Made by a program: the position numbers and the translations under genes | Notes under the pieces: model-generated | The model's input: the letters and a program-made list of their open reading frames with translations, nothing else | What the model was told of the DNA's origin: nothing | The model's database searches: none | Shown: positions 8,464 to 18,068 of the stretch, in pieces | Position numbering within the stretch: the first letter of the stretch is position 1 | How the letters are laid out: every line of letters begins with the position of its first letter | Assembly: GCA_963803805.1 (NCBI GenBank) | Contig: CAWDOD010000003.1 | Coordinates: 256,001 to 320,000, forward strand | Direction: 5' to 3' | Length of the DNA stretch: 64,000 bases | DNA from: an uncultured cyanobacterium | GTDB lineage: Bacteria; Cyanobacteriota; Cyanobacteriia; Cyanobacteriales; CAWCAG01

Positions 8464-8831
8464 TTAGTAAATTTTCTCAAAGTTAAACAAATGAGTAATA
8501 CACTATCTGATATTGAAGCCTAGCGACGAGAAGCTGAAGAAAAGCCATTTAACTTGCCCACAAATAACAATTCTACCAGAATCAACCAGCAATCTAATTA
8601 AACGTTGCAAAATGCTACAAAAAAATCTTTTTTTGAGTCGCTTTCTTATTTTTCTCTTGACATGGTAAAATCATTTAAAATAATGGAAATATTTGCAATT
8701 TTTTGAATTAAAGCTTATATTCCCCATTATCAAATATACCATGCCCAGAAGATAGTACCAAGAGAATGAGGAAAATTATTTTCTGCTTATCTATTGTCTA
8801 CAAAAGTCCTTGTTAAAAGCAAATCTCTCAC

Positions 8832-10154
8832 CTAGCAACTAACAACCTCTTCTACTAACTTTGGTACAGCAGCCGTCAACACCTCATTCCCTTCGGCTGT
8901 CACCAAAATATCATCCTCAATACGAATACCAATACCTCGCCAACATTCATCAACTTCCGGTTGGTCTTCTGCTGGTTTAAAATGAGGCGAGATATAAATC
9001 CCCGGTTCAACTGTCACCACATGACCTGGCTGGAAAGCTTGCCAAACTTCCTCTCCATGCTTATAAACCCCAGCATCATGAACATCCAAACCTAACCAAT
9101 GTCCCGTGCGGTGCATATAAAAGGGTTTGTACTTTTCTTCTTTGATAATCTCTTCTAAATCCCCTTGTAACAAACCCAAATCCAACAAACCTTGAACAAT
9201 CACACAAACGGCAATGTCATGAAACTCATTGTAAGGATTGCCCGGTTTAACCTCTGCGATCGCCTTCAATTGTGCCTCTAAAACAATCTCATAAAGGATC
9301 TGTTGTTCTTTACTAAAGCCCCCTTCGACGGGAAAAGTGCGAGTAATATCACCGTTGTAGTAACCATAGGAACAACCGGCATCAATCAACAACAAATCCC
9401 CGGCTTGCATTTGACAGTTGTTTTCAATGTAATGAAGAATGCAAGAATTAGCCCCGGAAGCCACAATAGAAGGATAAGCAGGGCCTAATGCCCCTTGGCG
9501 ACGGAAAAAATGCTCTAACTCTGCTTGAACTTCATATTCAAATACCCCTGGTTTAGCAACCTCCCTAGCTAAATTATGTGCCTCAGACGAAATATCTGTA
9601 GCTTTACGCAACAAAGCTAATTCACCAGGACTTTTCACCTTACGCATTCCGTGTAAAATTGGTCCTGGATCAGCGATCGCAGTTGGTCCTATCCCACTCT
9701 TTTGATAACTTCTAACCATCCTTTGGTAGTGATGAAGGACAGTATTATTAAAGCGGCGATCCCGTCCTAAATGGTAATAGATGCGGTCAGCTTTTTGCAA
9801 ATACTGGGGCAGCTTTTCATTTAACTCCTCCATCGGATAAGCTTCATCAGCCCCAAACTGTTCTTTAGCTGCTTCTACCCCAAGACGATAACCTGTCCAA
9901 GTTTCCTTTTCCGGGTCTTTCTTCTGGACAAAAAGCACAAAGCGATGTTCATCATGGTGGGGGGCTAACACCGCTACGGCTTCTGTTTCATTGAAACCTG
10001 TTAAATAATAAAAATCACTATCTTGACGAAAAGGGTACTCTACATCATGGTGCATCACTGCCAGAGGCGCACTACAAAAGATGGCTGTACCATTGCCAAT
10101 TTTGCCCATAAACTCTTCTCGACGTTGATAGTATTCTTGTTTTTCTATACCCAT
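8832..10154 (-). CDS. pepP: Xaa-Pro aminopeptidase (M24B)
   Basis: FRQDSDFYYLTG, LHY, IDAG, GDITRT, GHWLGLDVHD, TVEPGIY, GIRIEDD. Confidence 0.95.
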   Translation of the reverse strand: MGIEKQEYYQRREEFMGKIGNGTAIFCSAPLAVMHHDVEYPFRQDSDFYYLTGFNETEAVAVLAPHHDEHRFVLFVQKKDPEKETWTGYRLGVEAAKEQFGADEAYPMEELNEKLPQYLQKADRIYYHLGRDRRFNNTVLHHYQRMVRSYQKSGIGPTAIADPGPILHGMRKVKSPGELALLRKATDISSEAHNLAREVAKPGVFEYEVQAELEHFFRRQGALGPAYPSIVASGANSCILHYIENNCQMQAGDLLLIDAGCSYGYYNGDITRTFPVEGGFSKEQQILYEIVLEAQLKAIAEVKPGNPYNEFHDIAVCVIVQGLLDLGLLQGDLEEIIKEEKYKPFYMHRTGHWLGLDVHDAGVYKHGEEVWQAFQPGHVVTVEPGIYISPHFKPAEDQPEVDECWRGIGIRIEDDILVTAEGNEVLTAAVPKLVEEVVSC

Positions 10155-10295
10155 AATTTTTCAGTTATCAATGATTAGTTATCAGTTGTTGATTTTTAAT
10201 AAAGTTAAAGGCTAAGACTATTGATATTTAACCCTTTACCCTTTCCTTTAATTGGTATATCTCCGACACCGCTAAAGAAAAAGGGTATTAACCAA

Positions 10296-11069
10296 TTAAT
10301 AACTCATGACGCGAATGACTGGGCCATTTTGCGGTAGATTTCCAGGTGAGACTGTCATCGTACTACTTCCAACTCTACTTACCGGAGTTCCCTCTGTAAC
10401 TGTCAAAAACTCATCCACTGGGGCAATATCACATTGATTAGAATCCGCTTTGGAAGTACGGTAATGGGTAGGAATAACTAACTTAGGCTTAAGTTCATCC
10501 ATCGCCTTCTTCGCTTCCTGGGCATTGTAAGCTTTTTCCCCTCCTCCTACGGGTATCAAAGCCACATCTGGTGACCCGCCAATGAGAATCTTTTGTTCTA
10601 TATCTATGGGTGCTGCTGCCCCTCCTAAATGGAGAATTCTGACACCAGCTTGAGTCCAACGCCAAGCGACATTAGTACCAAACCTCCTGCCTCCTTTGCG
10701 ATCATGGTCGATAGCAATGCCTTGAAACTCTTTTCCCTCAAACTCAAAAGCCCCTGCTTCATAAAGGACTTTAGGGTTGCCTGGCAAGCCTTCTGCTGCC
10801 CCTTCATCAAGGAGAAAGCTACTGATTAAAACTAAATCTGCACCCACTTTAGGGGCCTGATAGCCAGCCGTACAACCTAAAGCTTTGAAAGGATTGACCA
10901 AAACCCGCATACCACCACCAGTAAACAAAAAACAGGTGTGGCCTAACCATTTAATGGAAAGAGAACCACCTGTTTGTGCCTGAGAGGGGTTTAATCTAGA
11001 GCTTAATATTGTACCTGATGCGGCTAATAAACTTGCTCCACCGTAGCGTATTAACTGTCGCCGTTTCAT
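10296..11069 (-). CDS. Tat-exported MBL-fold protein (lactamase_B_3-like)
   Basis: MKRRQLIRY Tat signal; WLGHTCFL, ILHLG, DVALIPVGG, VIPTHY. Confidence 0.8.
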   Translation of the reverse strand: MKRRQLIRYGGASLLAASGTILSSRLNPSQAQTGGSLSIKWLGHTCFLFTGGGMRVLVNPFKALGCTAGYQAPKVGADLVLISSFLLDEGAAEGLPGNPKVLYEAGAFEFEGKEFQGIAIDHDRKGGRRFGTNVAWRWTQAGVRILHLGGAAAPIDIEQKILIGGSPDVALIPVGGGEKAYNAQEAKKAMDELKPKLVIPTHYRTSKADSNQCDIAPVDEFLTVTEGTPVSRVGSSTMTVSPGNLPQNGPVIRVMSY

Positions 11070-11106
11070 CTATTTTTTCCCTTGTAAGACTTGCTTTTTT
11101 AACTTT

Positions 11107-11757
11107 TTATACCCTTACCACTTCTTCTTCACTATGAACAGATTGCCCTTCTAAGGATGACAAGAAGTTCTGCAAAATCTGTTTTCCAGTGGTGGTAAGA
11201 ATACTCTCTGGATGAAATTGGACTCCTTGAATGTGAGGATAGTTCCTGTGTCTTACGCCCATTACCGTACCATCATCTACCCAAGCGGTTACTTCTAGAG
11301 TTTCAGGTAGGGTTTCTTTTTCAATCACTAAACTATGATATCGAGTCGCCCGAAAAGGGCTAGTTATATTTCGGAAAACACCTATTCCTTGATGGTATAT
11401 TTGGGAGGTTTTACCGTGCATTAAAGTGGGTGCAGAAATAATTTTGCCACCAAACACTTGACCAATACTTTGATGTCCTAAACAAACTCCTAAAATAGGT
11501 AATTCAGGACCTAATTGTTTGATTAAATCTAAGGATATGCCTGCATCATCGGGACGGCCAGGACCTGGAGAAATAACTACTCCATCAGGTTTGAGGTTAC
11601 GAATTTCTTCAATAGTGATTTTATCGTTTCGGTACACCTGTATTTCAGAAGTTACGGGTAAAGTTGCCCTAAACTCCCCTAAATACTGTACCAAGTTGTA
11701 AGTAAAACTGTCGTAGTTATCAATAACAATAATCAAGCGGGTATCTCCTGGTATCAT
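11107..11757 (-). CDS. trpG: anthranilate/aminodeoxychorismate synthase component II
   Basis: IDNYDSFTYNL, ISPGPG, GVCLGHQ, RYHSL, GVQFHPES; start may be TTG 11736. Confidence 0.92.
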   Translation of the reverse strand: MIPGDTRLIIVIDNYDSFTYNLVQYLGEFRATLPVTSEIQVYRNDKITIEEIRNLKPDGVVISPGPGRPDDAGISLDLIKQLGPELPILGVCLGHQSIGQVFGGKIISAPTLMHGKTSQIYHQGIGVFRNITSPFRATRYHSLVIEKETLPETLEVTAWVDDGTVMGVRHRNYPHIQGVQFHPESILTTTGKQILQNFLSSLEGQSVHSEEEVVRV

Positions 11758-11847
11758 TTATCATTAAGCATTCATCATTTATCAACAGACTTGATATAGG
11801 ATAACTAAGATAAATAATTTGCTAATAATATTATCCCGCCAAGGGTT

Positions 11848-12381
11848 TTATTGCACAGCAGATATTAAAGTAAATAAGCGTGGTAATAAAATTAAGCCAG
11901 CGACCAACATCGCCCCTAAAGCGGAGATCAGTACCGCCCCCGCAGCACAATCTTTAGCAATTTTCGCCAATTCATGATAGGTTTGCTTAACAGTAAGATC
12001 CACTACCGATTCAATCGCTGTATTCAACAACTCCAAGACCAATACCAAAGCACAAGTTAAGCCAATTATCGCCATTTCCACCGTAGAAATTCTTAAAAAG
12101 AAGCCTAAGCTCACTGCGACACTACCAATTACTGTATGAATGCGAAAATTCCTTTGGGTAACAAAAGCATAACGCACCCCGGCCCAAGCATATTTAAAAC
12201 TAAGAAAAAGATTGGGAGCAACTTTCCAGGCTAAGAAACGCTCGGTTTTTTGGGTTTGAGGTAAGGGGGAAATAGGTTTGGCTGGGTTAGCACTCACCAT
12301 AGAATTTGCGGGTAAAAATTTAGTAACATGAGAATTACTGGTTCTTGTTGGTACTGACCTTTGGTTTAATCTCATAGTCAA
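11848..12381 (-). CDS. dgkA: diacylglycerol/undecaprenol kinase family protein
   Basis: SFKYAWAG, QRNFRIH, ELLNTAIESVVDL, AKIAKDCAAGAV. Confidence 0.9.
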   Translation of the reverse strand: MTMRLNQRSVPTRTSNSHVTKFLPANSMVSANPAKPISPLPQTQKTERFLAWKVAPNLFLSFKYAWAGVRYAFVTQRNFRIHTVIGSVAVSLGFFLRISTVEMAIIGLTCALVLVLELLNTAIESVVDLTVKQTYHELAKIAKDCAAGAVLISALGAMLVAGLILLPRLFTLISAVQ

Positions 12382-12411
12382 AGCTTATTTAAGGCGACAC
12401 TTTAAATATAC

Positions 12412-12939
12412 TTACAGCAGAAATTTTTGATTCTGGGGGACAAGACCCACTAGGTTTAATAATGTTTCTTGTAAACAGAGCATTTCTTGCAAACTTTCTT
12501 GATCAGGGTGATCCCAACCTAAAAGATGTAAGAGGCCATGGGTGGTTAACCAAGCCAATTCAACTTGCAAAGAATGTCCCTGGGCCTTAGCTTGCTTCCA
12601 GGCTGTGTCAACAGAAATAATGATGTCCCCAAGGTAGAGAGGTTCTGACTTGTCTAGTTGAGGCAGATCTACTTCTAATGTTGCAAAGGCTAATACATCT
12701 GTGGGGACATTTTTGTTACGGTATTGACCGTTGAGGGTTTCTATTTCGCGATCGCCGCTCAGACGTAAGCATAATTCGTAGGCTATTGCTTCAGGAATTT
12801 GAGTAGATAAATTCTTAAACCAACACTGAAACCAACTTTGAACTGTTGCTGTATCAACACCAGGATTATCTAGAGATGAAGTAGGGAAAAAAACATCCTG
12901 AAGGCATACTTCTATCATTAAACATTTATCATTGAACAT
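12412..12939 (-). CDS. ybeY: rRNA maturation RNase YbeY
   Basis: LNGQYR..PTDVLAF, LGDIIIS, HGLLHLLGWDH. Confidence 0.95.
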   Translation of the reverse strand: MFNDKCLMIEVCLQDVFFPTSSLDNPGVDTATVQSWFQCWFKNLSTQIPEAIAYELCLRLSGDREIETLNGQYRNKNVPTDVLAFATLEVDLPQLDKSEPLYLGDIIISVDTAWKQAKAQGHSLQVELAWLTTHGLLHLLGWDHPDQESLQEMLCLQETLLNLVGLVPQNQKFLL

Positions 12940-12966
12940 TTATCATTGAAAATAAATGGTGTGACA

Positions 12967-13170
12967 TTAAGGTCTTGTTAAATAAGAAAGACCGATGAAA
13001 AAAGCGATTAAGCCGATAGCACTAAGAAAAAAGTGCCGGAGGGATTTACCACCTTTACGCACCATATTTCGCATTGCTAGTTTGACATAACTAGGAGGTG
13101 CTTCCTGGGGAGGGGTTGAAGGTTCAGGAGGATCTAAGGTGATTTGTTCTGTATCAGAAGGTTGATTCAT
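12967..13170 (-). CDS. DUF3285 family small membrane protein
   Basis: PSYVKLAMRNMVRKGGKSLRHF, in the cyanobacterial position upstream of ybeY. Confidence 0.8.
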   Translation of the reverse strand: MNQPSDTEQITLDPPEPSTPPQEAPPSYVKLAMRNMVRKGGKSLRHFFLSAIGLIAFFIGLSYLTRP

Positions 13171-13415
13171 TGCTAAAAAAACGAGATAGGTTTTACTGCT
13201 TCTAATCTACCTCAATGTAACAATTTATTGAGCATCGGTAAAAAAATCCCCTTCTTGTCTATTTTCAATAAAACTTATGCAGTAAAACAAAAACTCAGGA
13301 GTTCCAGGCAGTGGGTAACAGATAGTTAACAGGTACTGAGTGTGTTCCTGAGCAAAATTCTGTGGCAACCTGGATAGTATAGAGTCAAGTCCTTCCTCAC
13401 ATTAATATAGATCCC

Positions 13416-15077
13416 ATGAGCAACTATCCAGAACTTTCTCACCATGGTTATCAAATTGAAAGAGTCTTAGGGAAAAACTCCTTTGGGGGTAGAGTAACCT
13501 ATAAAGCTCAAAAAGGTGAACAACCTGTTGTGATTAAGCATTTTCAATTTGCTCAATCTGATTCTAGCTGGGCAGAATATAAAGCCTATGAGTCAGAAAT
13601 TGCCATGTTGCAACAACTTGATCATTCTAGTATTCCTCGTTACCTAGATTCTTTTGAAACCCCCACTGGTTTTTGCTTAGTTCAAGAATACAAACAAGCA
13701 ATTTCCCTAGCTTCTCCTCTACAATTTACGCCTCAACAAGTTAGGGAAATTGCCTTGGCGGTGTTGGATGTTTTGGTTTATTTACAACAGCAACATCCCC
13801 CGATTATTCATCGCGATATTAAACCAGAAAATATTCTGATTGAAAGGGGGCAAAAAATCAAGGTTTACTTAGTAGATTTTGGTTTTGCCCGTCCAGGGGG
13901 AGAAGATATGGCTGTTAGTAGTGTGGTTAAAGGCACTTTGGGCTTTATGCCCCCGGAACAGATGTTTAATCGCCAATTAACCAAAGCTTCGGATCTTTAC
14001 AGCTTAGGTGCAACCCTGATTTGTTTACTAACAGGTACAAAATCTTCGGGAATTGGTAACTTAATCGACGAAACTAACCGTATTAATTTTCGCTCCTCAG
14101 TACCAAGGTTACATCGTCCTTTTTACAAATGGCTAGAAAAAATGGTTGCCCCTAGCCCCAGGGATCGTTATCCTACTGCTCAAGCGGCTTTAAGCGCCCT
14201 AGAAGCCATTGAGGCAGTGAAGGAACGTAAGGTTACTAGTAGATGTCTGAGTAAGAGACATTCTTCTGGCAAAATGTCTGCCGAAACTGTTGTTTTTGGT
14301 TTGCTATGCTTTCTAGTTGCTTTTATGAGCGCCTTACAAGAAAATGTTAAACAAACAGTTATTCAACCAGTAGAAGTTCAACCATCGAGTACAGAACCCA
14401 TTAACGATCTTGACCGTCTACTAACTACAGGGGAATGTCGTAATTGTGAACTGGCTAAAGCTAATTTAGAAGGATTTGATTTAGCAGGAGTTGACCTTGA
14501 AGGTGCAAACTTAGAAAAAGCAAACCTCAAAGGTGCGATTTTACTCAATGCTAATTTAAAAAATGCTCACCTTAGAAAAGCTGACCTGAGCAATGCTATC
14601 TTAGAAGAAAGTTATCTAGAAAAGGCTAATTTGAAAGATGCTAACCTCGAAGATGCTAACTTACTGAAAGCATCCTTAGAAGAAGCAAATCTCAAAGGAG
14701 CTATTTTAAATAGAGCGCAACTCAATCAAGCTGATCTAGAAGATGCCAATTTAGAAGATGCCAGTTTAGAACAAGCTCGACTAATTTCTGCTAATTTGCA
14801 AGATACCTATCTCTGGCGGGCGAATTTAGAAAGGGCTGATTTGTTAGAAGCGAATTTAGAAGGAGCTAATCTGCAAAACGCTAACCTCGAAGAAAGTCAC
14901 TTAGAAGAAGCAGATCTCAAAGGTGCAGACCTCAGAAATGCAGATTTACGGGCAGCTAGTCTTACCAATGCCGACTTAGAGGATGCGAATTTAGAAAATG
15001 CTTATTTAGAAGGTACGCAGATCAATGGAGCTAATTTATCTGGGACTACTTTACCTGATGGCAGAAGGTATGAATAA
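13416..15077 (+). CDS. Ser/Thr protein kinase with TM helix and C-terminal pentapeptide repeats
   Basis: VVIK, HRDIKPEN, DFG, GTLGFMPPEQ; hydrophobic segment; long A(D/N)LxxA repeats after CRNC. Confidence 0.92.
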   Translation: MSNYPELSHHGYQIERVLGKNSFGGRVTYKAQKGEQPVVIKHFQFAQSDSSWAEYKAYESEIAMLQQLDHSSIPRYLDSFETPTGFCLVQEYKQAISLASPLQFTPQQVREIALAVLDVLVYLQQQHPPIIHRDIKPENILIERGQKIKVYLVDFGFARPGGEDMAVSSVVKGTLGFMPPEQMFNRQLTKASDLYSLGATLICLLTGTKSSGIGNLIDETNRINFRSSVPRLHRPFYKWLEKMVAPSPRDRYPTAQAALSALEAIEAVKERKVTSRCLSKRHSSGKMSAETVVFGLLCFLVAFMSALQENVKQTVIQPVEVQPSSTEPINDLDRLLTTGECRNCELAKANLEGFDLAGVDLEGANLEKANLKGAILLNANLKNAHLRKADLSNAILEESYLEKANLKDANLEDANLLKASLEEANLKGAILNRAQLNQADLEDANLEDASLEQARLISANLQDTYLWRANLERADLLEANLEGANLQNANLEESHLEEADLKGADLRNADLRAASLTNADLEDANLENAYLEGTQINGANLSGTTLPDGRRYE

Positions 15078-15099
15078 TTTTATAGGTAATAGGTTCATA

Positions 15100-15198
15100 A
15101 GCTGTCAGGCATTTAATTTACTTATTAGGTTTGATGGGGGGAGGGTTTTAGGGCTTATTTCCTAGTTGAGTAATACACAGTTTAAATGCACATCAGCT
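15100..15198 (+). mobile_element. MITE copy 1 (99 bp), TA-flanked
   Basis: TIRs AGCTGTCAGGCATTTAA and (rc) AGCTGATGTGCATTTAA; TA on both sides; near-identical inverted copy at 26201-26323. Confidence 0.8.
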
Positions 15199-15202
15199 TA
15201 GT

Positions 15203-15964
15203 ATGTCTAAATTAGAAGTATATCAGCCTCCTACCTTTGCAACCCCAGCAGCCGAACGCCTTCATCGGCAACAACGCTTAGCTGCCGCCCTTCGTCTTTT
15301 TGCTTTATACGGATATGACGAAGGAGTTGCAGGACATATTACAGCCCGTGATCCAGAATTGACTGATTGCTTTTGGGTTAACCCTTTTGGTATGTACTTT
15401 GGTCACATCAGCGTTTCTGACTTGATTTTGGTCAACCACAAAGGTGAGGTTGTAGAGGGAAACAAACCAGTTAATGCGGCTGCTTTTGCCATCCATTCTC
15501 AAATTCACCAAGCAAGGCCAGATGTGATCGCAGCAGCCCATGCCCACTCTCTTCATGGTAAGGCTTGGTCAACTTTAGGAAGACTTCTTGACCCCCTTAC
15601 CCAAGATGCCTGTGCTTTCTATGAAGATCATAGTTTATTTGATGATTATACAGGGGTCGTTCTCGATAGAGAAGAAGGCAAGCGCATCGCTACGACATTA
15701 GGGGAAAGAAAAGCGATTATCCTTCGTAATCATGGCTTACTAACCGTTGGACATTCCATTGATGAAGCAGCTTGGTGGTTTATCACTATGGATCGCTCCT
15801 GTCAAGCACAATTAGTAGCAGAAGCTGTAGGTAAACCAAAGTTAATTGCTCCTGAAGTAGCTAGCTTAACCTACAGTCAAATTGGCACTCATTATTTGGG
15901 TTGGTTTAGTTTTCAATCTTTATATGAAAAAATTGTTAGTCTTCAGCCAGACTTACTTAATTGA
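15203..15964 (+). CDS. class II aldolase/adducin family protein
   Basis: EGVAGHIT, FWVNPFG, AFAIHSQIH, AAHAHS, ILRNHGLLTVG. Confidence 0.9.
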   Translation: MSKLEVYQPPTFATPAAERLHRQQRLAAALRLFALYGYDEGVAGHITARDPELTDCFWVNPFGMYFGHISVSDLILVNHKGEVVEGNKPVNAAAFAIHSQIHQARPDVIAAAHAHSLHGKAWSTLGRLLDPLTQDACAFYEDHSLFDDYTGVVLDREEGKRIATTLGERKAIILRNHGLLTVGHSIDEAAWWFITMDRSCQAQLVAEAVGKPKLIAPEVASLTYSQIGTHYLGWFSFQSLYEKIVSLQPDLLN

Positions 15965-15991
15965 ACATGAGTTCAATGTCAGAAATGCAGG

Positions 15992-16537
15992 TTAGAAAAG
16001 TAGCGGCCGTTTCTTAAGAAAATTTCGCTGTAGTGGTTCAAACAATCTACCCACCCTTAATTTTCGATTATTAGTAGCAGTTGTTTCTCCTGCTAGAATG
16101 TCTACATTCACTTGAGTTAAAGCACTTGTAGTAAAGTTAAAATATTCTGGGGTAGGGGTAGTGAAATATTCACCATAACTAATTTCTGTCTGAATTTTTT
16201 TAGCTAAATAATTAACTTCGATTCTCAACCCGGCTAAGGTTACTTTTTCTCCCGCTTTAATCAAAAGAAGTAGGTCATGGCTACAAAAAATGCCTATAAA
16301 ATGATGTTTACTTCCTTGCAGCCATATTTGCTCTAACTCCCGCCATCTGAGGTTTTCGCGAGTGCTACTGCTCATTTGAAATATAGCTAACGCCATACCA
16401 ACAGCAGAGTTTTCGCCCCAGCCTTGAATAGGTATACTAATTAATTCTGAATCAGAGGAAACAAGAACTGCATCTTCTACACCGAGATTATGATGAACAA
16501 ATTGTCTAAGAAGATCATTCAAATAAACTAAGTTCAT
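15992..16537 (-). CDS. Roadblock/LC7 domain protein
   Basis: GVEDAVLVSSD...LEQIWLQG...LLLLIKA...LAGLR pattern. Confidence 0.65.
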   Translation of the reverse strand: MNLVYLNDLLRQFVHHNLGVEDAVLVSSDSELISIPIQGWGENSAVGMALAIFQMSSSTRENLRWRELEQIWLQGSKHHFIGIFCSHDLLLLIKAGEKVTLAGLRIEVNYLAKKIQTEISYGEYFTTPTPEYFNFTTSALTQVNVDILAGETTATNNRKLRVGRLFEPLQRNFLKKRPLLF

Positions 16538-16694
16538 AGTTCCTGCACTACTTATCCACTGACTATACTATAAAACTTTCTTCCAAAAGCGCTGAGGTTC
16601 ACATCGGTTATTTGGCTGAAAATTGTCATCAATTCCAGCCATTATTCTTAAAATATAACCTCAAGAGGAGCAACCTAATCAATACATAGCAAGA

Positions 16695-17792
16695 TTAAAT
16701 CTCCGGTTTATAAGCGACCCAATACTTACTAACAAAATGATTTGCTATAACAACATTTTCAAAACCAGCTTTTTCAAAACGTTCTGTCAAATTATCTGTA
16801 ATGTAATGCCTGTAATATGGTTCGTGGAAAATAGCCGGAAAATTTTCCATCATCGGGGTCAATTCTGGAAAATCAAGAGCCTGTATAGAATCACAAATCA
16901 CAAATACCCCTCCAGGTTTGATAACTCGAAATGCTTCTTCTATAACTCTCTGGCGTACTTCTGGCGGTAACTCATGGAAGGTGAATACACAACTAAGACC
17001 ATGGAAATAGTTATCTAAATAAGGCAATTCTTCTGCCTTGGCTTGCAATAATTGAGGCAATTCCCCAGGATTCTCTGAAAGTAATTGATTGGCTTTGCGT
17101 AAATAAGCAGGGGATAAGTCAATGCCAAATAAGGAGGCTTTTGGTAAAGTAGCACGAATTTGTTTCAATGTTCGACCCGTACCACAAGCTAGATCCAAAA
17201 CGCGGATTTGCTGAGGGCGAATTTCCTCAAACTTTTCTAGTCCTAGTTGTAAAGGCTCAAGAATACGTCGCCGCATAGCATCTGCTGCACCATTAAAAAG
17301 CAATTCTACCTGCAAATCGTAAAGATTAGCTGATTGATCACTTAAATAACCATCGGTTTGGTGGTGGAAATTTTGTAAATAGTAGGGAGGATAGTCCTCT
17401 TTGTCGATTTCTGGGGCAAAGGTTTGATATTGCTTCTGTTGCAATCTTTGCCAAATTGCAGGCATATCTAACCAAACCAGAGGATAATAGCGGAAGAAAT
17501 CTGACCAAGGGTTATCAAAGAGCAAGCTATGGGGATAAATACCTTTTTGGGCATCTTGCCAATCAACTTCTAGCAACTCACCCATTCTTTGCTGAATTTG
17601 GAGCAAAATTTTTGGTGAGAGAGGAATTGTGTTTTTATCCTGGTGGGGAACAAAGAAACTAGTTAAGCGGTTATTGACGGCTTTGTGAATTAAGCTAAAA
17701 TAACTTTTGCTTTGTTGAAAGGCTTGGTAACTAGCCTTGGTGAAGGTATCAGATAAGCTTGAAGCTTGGTTAAAATTAGGATTAGATTGCAT
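16695..17792 (-). CDS. class I SAM-dependent methyltransferase (cyanobacterial conserved)
   Basis: YYLQNFHHQTDGYLS, VLDLACGTG, GIDLS, FHELP; start uncertain. Confidence 0.88.
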   Translation of the reverse strand: MQSNPNFNQASSLSDTFTKASYQAFQQSKSYFSLIHKAVNNRLTSFFVPHQDKNTIPLSPKILLQIQQRMGELLEVDWQDAQKGIYPHSLLFDNPWSDFFRYYPLVWLDMPAIWQRLQQKQYQTFAPEIDKEDYPPYYLQNFHHQTDGYLSDQSANLYDLQVELLFNGAADAMRRRILEPLQLGLEKFEEIRPQQIRVLDLACGTGRTLKQIRATLPKASLFGIDLSPAYLRKANQLLSENPGELPQLLQAKAEELPYLDNYFHGLSCVFTFHELPPEVRQRVIEEAFRVIKPGGVFVICDSIQALDFPELTPMMENFPAIFHEPYYRHYITDNLTERFEKAGFENVVIANHFVSKYWVAYKPEI

Positions 17793-18068
17793 GGATGCGA
17801 AAATAAATAATTTATCAGTTGTGTGGTTGTTCTTTGACAATAAATTTAAGTTTTGTAAAGTTTATTATAACGAATCCCAAAATCAGTTCGCAAAAAAACG
17901 CTGATATTTCAGTTAAGCCTGTAACAAAGGTTAAGCTTACGGTGTTGAGGGATACGCCAAAGGTTTAGAAAGAGACTTTTAACTTTTGAGGTATTGTCAT
18001 CCAGCAGTAGGTTGAAAGTTGAGAACGAATATCCTATACTCTCCTAATCCCACAGGAGGAAGCCATTT

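Noticed and set aside
8490-8580. Possible tiny pseudogene (MSNTLSDIEA*RREAEEKPF)
   Set aside because: Too short to support
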